From IMG/VR virus record IMGVR_UViG_2734482531_000011: a stretch of DNA of 44,199 bases. The stretch is one strand, 5' to 3'. This stretch comes from a virus. Lineage: Duplodnaviria > Heunggongvirae > Uroviricota > Caudoviricetes. This document shows, in pieces, positions 39,992-44,199 of this stretch. Every line of letters starts with the position of its first letter. The stretch's first letter is position 1. Position numbers and translations under genes: made by a program. The notes beneath the pieces were generated by a model. It ran no database searches. It worked only from the letters and a program-made list of their open reading frames with translations, and had not been told where the DNA came from.

Positions 39992-40536
39992 AAACGGGGG
40001 CCGAAGCCATCCGGGCACTGGCCACACAGCTCCCGGCATTTCGTCAGAAACTGAGCGACGGCTGGTATCAGGTGCGCATTGCCGGGCGTGATGCAGGCGA
40101 AAATGAATTATCTGCCCGTCTTAATGAACCGCTGGCAAATGGTGCCGTGATCCACATCGTTCCGCGTCTGGCGGGTGCCAAAAGTGGCGGTGTGTTTCAG
40201 GCGGTGCTGGGTGCGGCGCTGATTGCGGTGGCATGGTGGAACCCTGTGGGCTGGCTGGGGGCCGCGGCTGTATCGGGTATGTATGCAGCAGGGGCCAGTA
40301 TGATCCTGGGTGGTGTGGCGCAGATGCTGGCACCGAAAGCCAGGACGCCCACGGCAGCCAGTACAGATAACGGCAAACAGAACACGTATTTCTCGTCACT
40401 GGATAACATGGTTGCCCAGGGTAATGTTCTGCCTGTTCTGTACGGGGAAATGCGCGTGGGGTCACGTGTGGTTTCTCAGGAGATCAGCACGGCAGACGAA
40501 GGGGATGGTGGTCAGGTTGTGGTGATTGGTCGCTGA
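39889..40536 (+). CDS. Tail assembly protein I (lambda gpI-like), 215 aa, overlapping the K gene 3' end
   Basis: MAATHTLPLASPGMARICLYGDLQRFGRRIDLRVKTGAEAIRALATQLPAF matches my recall of lambda gpI. Confidence 0.85.
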   Translation: MAATHTLPLASPGMARICLYGDLQRFGRRIDLRVKTGAEAIRALATQLPAFRQKLSDGWYQVRIAGRDAGENELSARLNEPLANGAVIHIVPRLAGAKSGGVFQAVLGAALIAVAWWNPVGWLGAAAVSGMYAAGASMILGGVAQMLAPKARTPTAASTDNGKQNTYFSSLDNMVAQGNVLPVLYGEMRVGSRVVSQEISTADEGDGGQVVVIGR

Positions 40537-40554
40537 TGCAAAATGTTTTATGAG

Positions 40555-40580
40555 AAACCGCCTGCGGGCGGTTTTGTCGT
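40555..40580 (+). terminator. Terminator-like hairpin between I and J
   Basis: aaccgcctgcgggcggttttgtcgttt. Confidence 0.4.
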
Positions 40581-40596
40581 TTATGGAGCGTGAGGA

Positions 40597-43500
40597 ATGG
40601 GTAAAGGCAGCAGTAAGGGGCATACCCCGCGCGAAGCGAAGGACAACCTGAAGTCCACGCAGCTGCTGAGTGTGATCGATGCCATCAGTGAAGGGCCGGT
40701 TGAAGGTCCGGTGGATGGATTAAAAAGCGTGCTGCTGAACAGTACGCCGGTGCTGGACAATGAGGGGAATACCAACATCTCCGGCGTCACGGTGGTGTTC
40801 CGGGCAGGTGAGCAGGAGCAGTCACCGCCGGAGGGGTTTGAATCCTCCGGCTCCGAGACGGTGCTGGGTACGGAAGTGAAATATGACACGCCGATCACCC
40901 GGACCATCACGTCGGCAAACATCGACCGTCTGCGCTTTACCTTCGGTGTACAGGCACTGGTGGAAACCACCTCAAAGGGAGACAGGAATCCGTCGGAAGT
41001 CCGCCTGCTGGTTCAGATACAGCGTAACGGTGGCTGGGTGACGGAAAAAGACATCACCATTAAGGGCAAAACCACCTCGCAGTATCTGGTCTCGGTGGTG
41101 GTGGATAACNNNNNNNNNNNNNNNNNNNNNNNNNNNNNNNNNNNNNNNNNNNNNNNNNNNNNNNNNNNNNNNNNNNNNNNNNNNNNNNNNNNNNNNNNNN
41201 NNNNNNNNNNNNNNNNNNNNNNNNNNNNNNNNNNNNNNNNNNNNNNNNNNNNNNNNNNNNNNNNNNNNNNNNNNNNNNNNNNNNNNNNNNNNNNNNNNNN
41301 NNNNNNNNNNNNNNNNNNNNNNNNNNNNNNNNNNNNNNNNNNNNNNNNNNNNNNNNNNNATACAGCGGTATCTGGGACGGAACGTTAAAACCAGCATACA
41401 GCAACAACATGGCCTGGTGTCTGTGGGATATGCTGACCCACCCGCGCTACGGCATGGGGAAACGTCTTGGTGCGGCGGATGTGGACAAATGGGCGCTGTA
41501 TGTCATCGGCCAGTACTGCGACCAGTCAGTGCCGGACGGCTTTGGCGGCACGGAGCCGCGCATCACCTGTAATGCGTACCTGACCACACAGCGCAAGGCG
41601 TGGGATGTGCTCAGTGATTTCTGCTCGGCGATGCGCTGTATGCCGGTATGGAACGGGCAGACGCTGACGTTCGTGCAGGACCGACCGTCGGATAAGGTGT
41701 GGACCTATAACCGCAGTAATGTGGTGATGCCGGATGATGGCGCGCCGTTCCGCTACAGCTTCAGCGCCCTGAAAGACCGCCATAATGCCGTTGAGGTGAA
41801 CTGGATTGACCCGGATAACGGCTGGGAGACGGCGACAGAGCTTGTGGAGGATACGCAGGCCATTGCCCGTTACGGTCGTAACGTCACGAAGATGGATGCT
41901 TTTGGCTGTACCAGCCGGGGGCAGGCACACCGCGCCGGGCTGTGGCTGATTAAAACAGAACTGCTGGAAACGCAGACCGTGGACTTCAGCGTGGGCGCAG
42001 AAGGGCTTCGCCATGTGCCGGGCGATGTCATTGAAATCTGTGATGATGACTATGCGGGTATCAGCATCGGCGGGCGCGTGCTGGCGGTAAACAGCCAGAC
42101 CCGGACGCTGACGCTCGACCGTGAAATCACGCTGCCATCCTCCGGTACCATGCTGATAAGCCTGGTTGACGGAAGTGGCAATCCGGTCAGCGTGGAGGTT
42201 CAGTCCGTCACCGACGGCGTGAAGGTGAAAGTGAGCCGTGTTCCTGACGGCGTTGCTGAATACAGCGTGTGGGGGCTGAAGCTGCCGACGTTGCGCCAGC
42301 GCCTGTTCCGCTGTGTGAGTATCCGTGAGAACGATGACGGCACGTATGCCATCACTGCCGTGCAGCATGTACCGGAAAAAGAAGCCATCGTGGATAACGG
42401 GGCGCACTTTGACGGCGACCAGAGCGGCACGGTGAATGGTGTCACGCCGCCAGCGGTGCAGCACCTGACTGCCGAAGTCACCGCAGACAGCGGGGAATAT
42501 CAGGTGCTGGCGCGCTGGGACACGCCGAAGGTGGTGAAGGGGGTGAGCTTTATGCTTCGCCTGACCGTGGCAGCGGATGACGGCAGTGAGCGGCTGGTCA
42601 GCACGGCCCGGACGACGGAAACCACATACCGCTTCACGCAACTGGCGCTGGGACGGTACACGCTGACAGTCCGGGCGGTAAATGCCTGGGGACAGCAGGG
42701 CGATCCGGCGTCGGTATCGTTCAGGATTGCCGCACCGGTAGCACCGTCGCGGATTGAGCTGACGCCGGGCTATTTTCAGATAACTGCCACGCCGCATCTT
42801 GCGGTTTATGATCCGACGGTACAGTTTGAGTTCTGGTTCTCGGAAACGCGGATTACCGATATCAGGCAGGTTGAAACCACAGCCCGCTACCTTGGCGCGG
42901 GGCTGTACTGGATAGCCGCCAGTATCAATATCAAACCGGGCCATGATTATTACTTTTATATCCGCAGTGTGAACACCGTTGGCAAATCGGCATTCGTGGA
43001 GGCCGTCGGTCGGGCGAGCGATGATGCGGAAGGTTACCTGGATTTTTTCAAAGGCAAGATAACCGAATCCCATCTCGGTAAAGAGCTGCTGGAAAAAGTT
43101 GATCTGACGGAGGATAACGCCAGCAGACTGGATGAGTTTTCGAAAGAGTGGAAGGACGCTAACGATAAATGGAATGCGATGTGGGGCGTCAAAATTGAGC
43201 AGACCAAAGACGGCAAACATTATGTCGCGGGTATTGGCCTCAGCATGGAGGACACGGAGGAAGGCAAGCTGAGCCAGTTTCTGGTTGCCGCCAATCGTAT
43301 CGCGTTTATTGACCCGGCAAACGGGAATGAAACGCCGATGTTTGTGGCGCAGGGCAACCAGATATTCATGAACGACGTGTTCCTGAAGCGCCTGACAGCC
43401 CCCGCCATTACCAGCGGTGGCAGTCCTCCGGTATTTTCCCTGACATCAGACGGAAAGCTGACCGCTAAAAATGCGGATATCAGTGGTAGTGTGAATGCGA

Positions 43501-44009
43501 ACTCAGGAACGCTCAACAATGTCACGATTAACCAGAACTGTACGATTAAGGGCATGCTGGAGGCGACCCAGGTCAGAGGGGATTTCGTTAAAGCTGTATC
43601 AAAAGCCTTCCCGAAAAAAGTCGGTACGTGGGGTAACACGGAAACACCAGACGGTACGGTTACAGTCACCATCAGCGATGATCATAACTTTGACCGCCAG
43701 ATTATTATTCCGCCCATTATTTTTAACGGTATAGCGTATGACGATCCGGGGAGCGGAAATAACCCGGGAGGCACGCGATACACGGGTTATGGTTTTGAAG
43801 TTCGCAAAAACGGCGTATTAATCGCATCCAGAGAAACTAAAGGGGCCATTCCCGGTAGTTACAGTGCAGTTATTGATATGCCTAGTGGTGGTGGTAGCGT
43901 CACTCTGGAGTTTAAGATTTTCCAGAAAGGCAATCAGGGGGCAGGCAATATCACCGACTGTACGGTGATTGTGACCAAAAAAGCGGCTTCCGGCATCAGT
44001 ATTCGTTGA
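40597..44009 (+). CDS. Host specificity / central tail fiber protein J (lambda gpJ-like), interrupted by an N run; the two visible parts are in different frames
   Basis: N-terminus [34 protein letters not shown] and long stretches after the mask match my recall of lambda J; the last ~150 aa differ. Confidence 0.8.
41110..41359. other. Run of 250 N (masked or unresolved sequence) inside the J gene
   Basis: Directly seen. Confidence 0.99.
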
Positions 44010-44031
44010 AATATTTATAACCCCAATAAAT

Positions 44032-44058
44032 GGCGTCAGGAATGACGCCTTTTTTATT
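44032..44058 (+). terminator. Rho-independent terminator after J
   Basis: ggcgtcaggaatgacgccttttttatt. Confidence 0.6.
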
Positions 44059-44079
44059 GCAGAAAAGCGAGAGGTAATT

Positions 44080-44199
44080 ATGCGTAAAGTTTGTGCCGCC
44101 ATTTTGTCCGCAGCCATTTGTCTGGCCGTATCCGGTGCGCCTGCATGGGCGTCTGAACATCAGTCCACGCTGAGCGCGGGGTATCTTCATGCCCGGACC
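44080..44199 (+). CDS. lom: Lom outer membrane protein, 5' 40 codons only (runs off window end)
   Basis: MRKVCAAILSAAICLAVSGAPAWASEHQSTLSAGYLHART matches my recall of lambda Lom signal peptide and N-terminus; GAGAGG RBS. Confidence 0.85.
   Translation, partial: MRKVCAAILSAAICLAVSGAPAWASEHQSTLSAGYLHART

Noticed and set aside
41526-43220. 564-aa minus-strand ORF antisense to J
   Set aside because: Lies entirely inside the strongly supported J gene on the opposite strand; a long open antisense frame is common in GC-rich coding DNA and has no start or RBS context.
1-44199. CRISPR arrays or IS / transposon insertions
   Set aside because: No regularly spaced direct repeats, no transposase ORFs and no terminal inverted repeats seen; unlike K-12 Rac there is no IS in the lom/stf region within the window.

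Overview
The window is a near-complete lambdoid prophage of the E. coli Rac type, read from the integrase (window start) to a partial lom gene (window end). Minus-strand early-left arm (1-7456): intR, xisR, ydaC, ralR, recT, recE, racC, ydaE, kilR, with sieB on the plus strand and ydaF/ydaG. Immunity and replication (7747-10236): racR repressor divergent from ydaS-ydaT, then ydaU and ydaV. Next come two hypothetical genes and an AT-rich cargo region (11.8-15.7 kb) carrying a tightly linked two-gene operon of unknown function with its own extended -10 promoter, a Cys-rich small ORF and a YeaR/DUF1971-like gene. Then a nin-like block (DUF1367-like, YbcO-like, putative Q) and tandem terminators, followed by two paralogous lipoproteins with TolA domain-III-like C-termini. 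The lysis cassette is phage-21-like (dual-start pinholin, SAR endolysin, Rz with embedded Rz1), followed by the AT-rich trkG moron. The late region is a complete morphogenesis module: ParB-like nuclease, terminase small/large, portal, head morphogenesis, scaffold, major capsid, connector proteins, major tail, G/G-T chaperone with an A_AAA_AAG -1 frameshift site, tape measure, lambda-like M-L-K-I-J and the lom start. Three runs of N (334, 250 and 250 nt) are masked or unresolved sequence. Gene names rest on my recall of E. coli K-12 Rac, phage 21 and lambda proteins, not on a database search. The most likely candidate for an undescribed system is the two-gene cargo operon at 11987-13966; the TolA-like lipoprotein pair is second.
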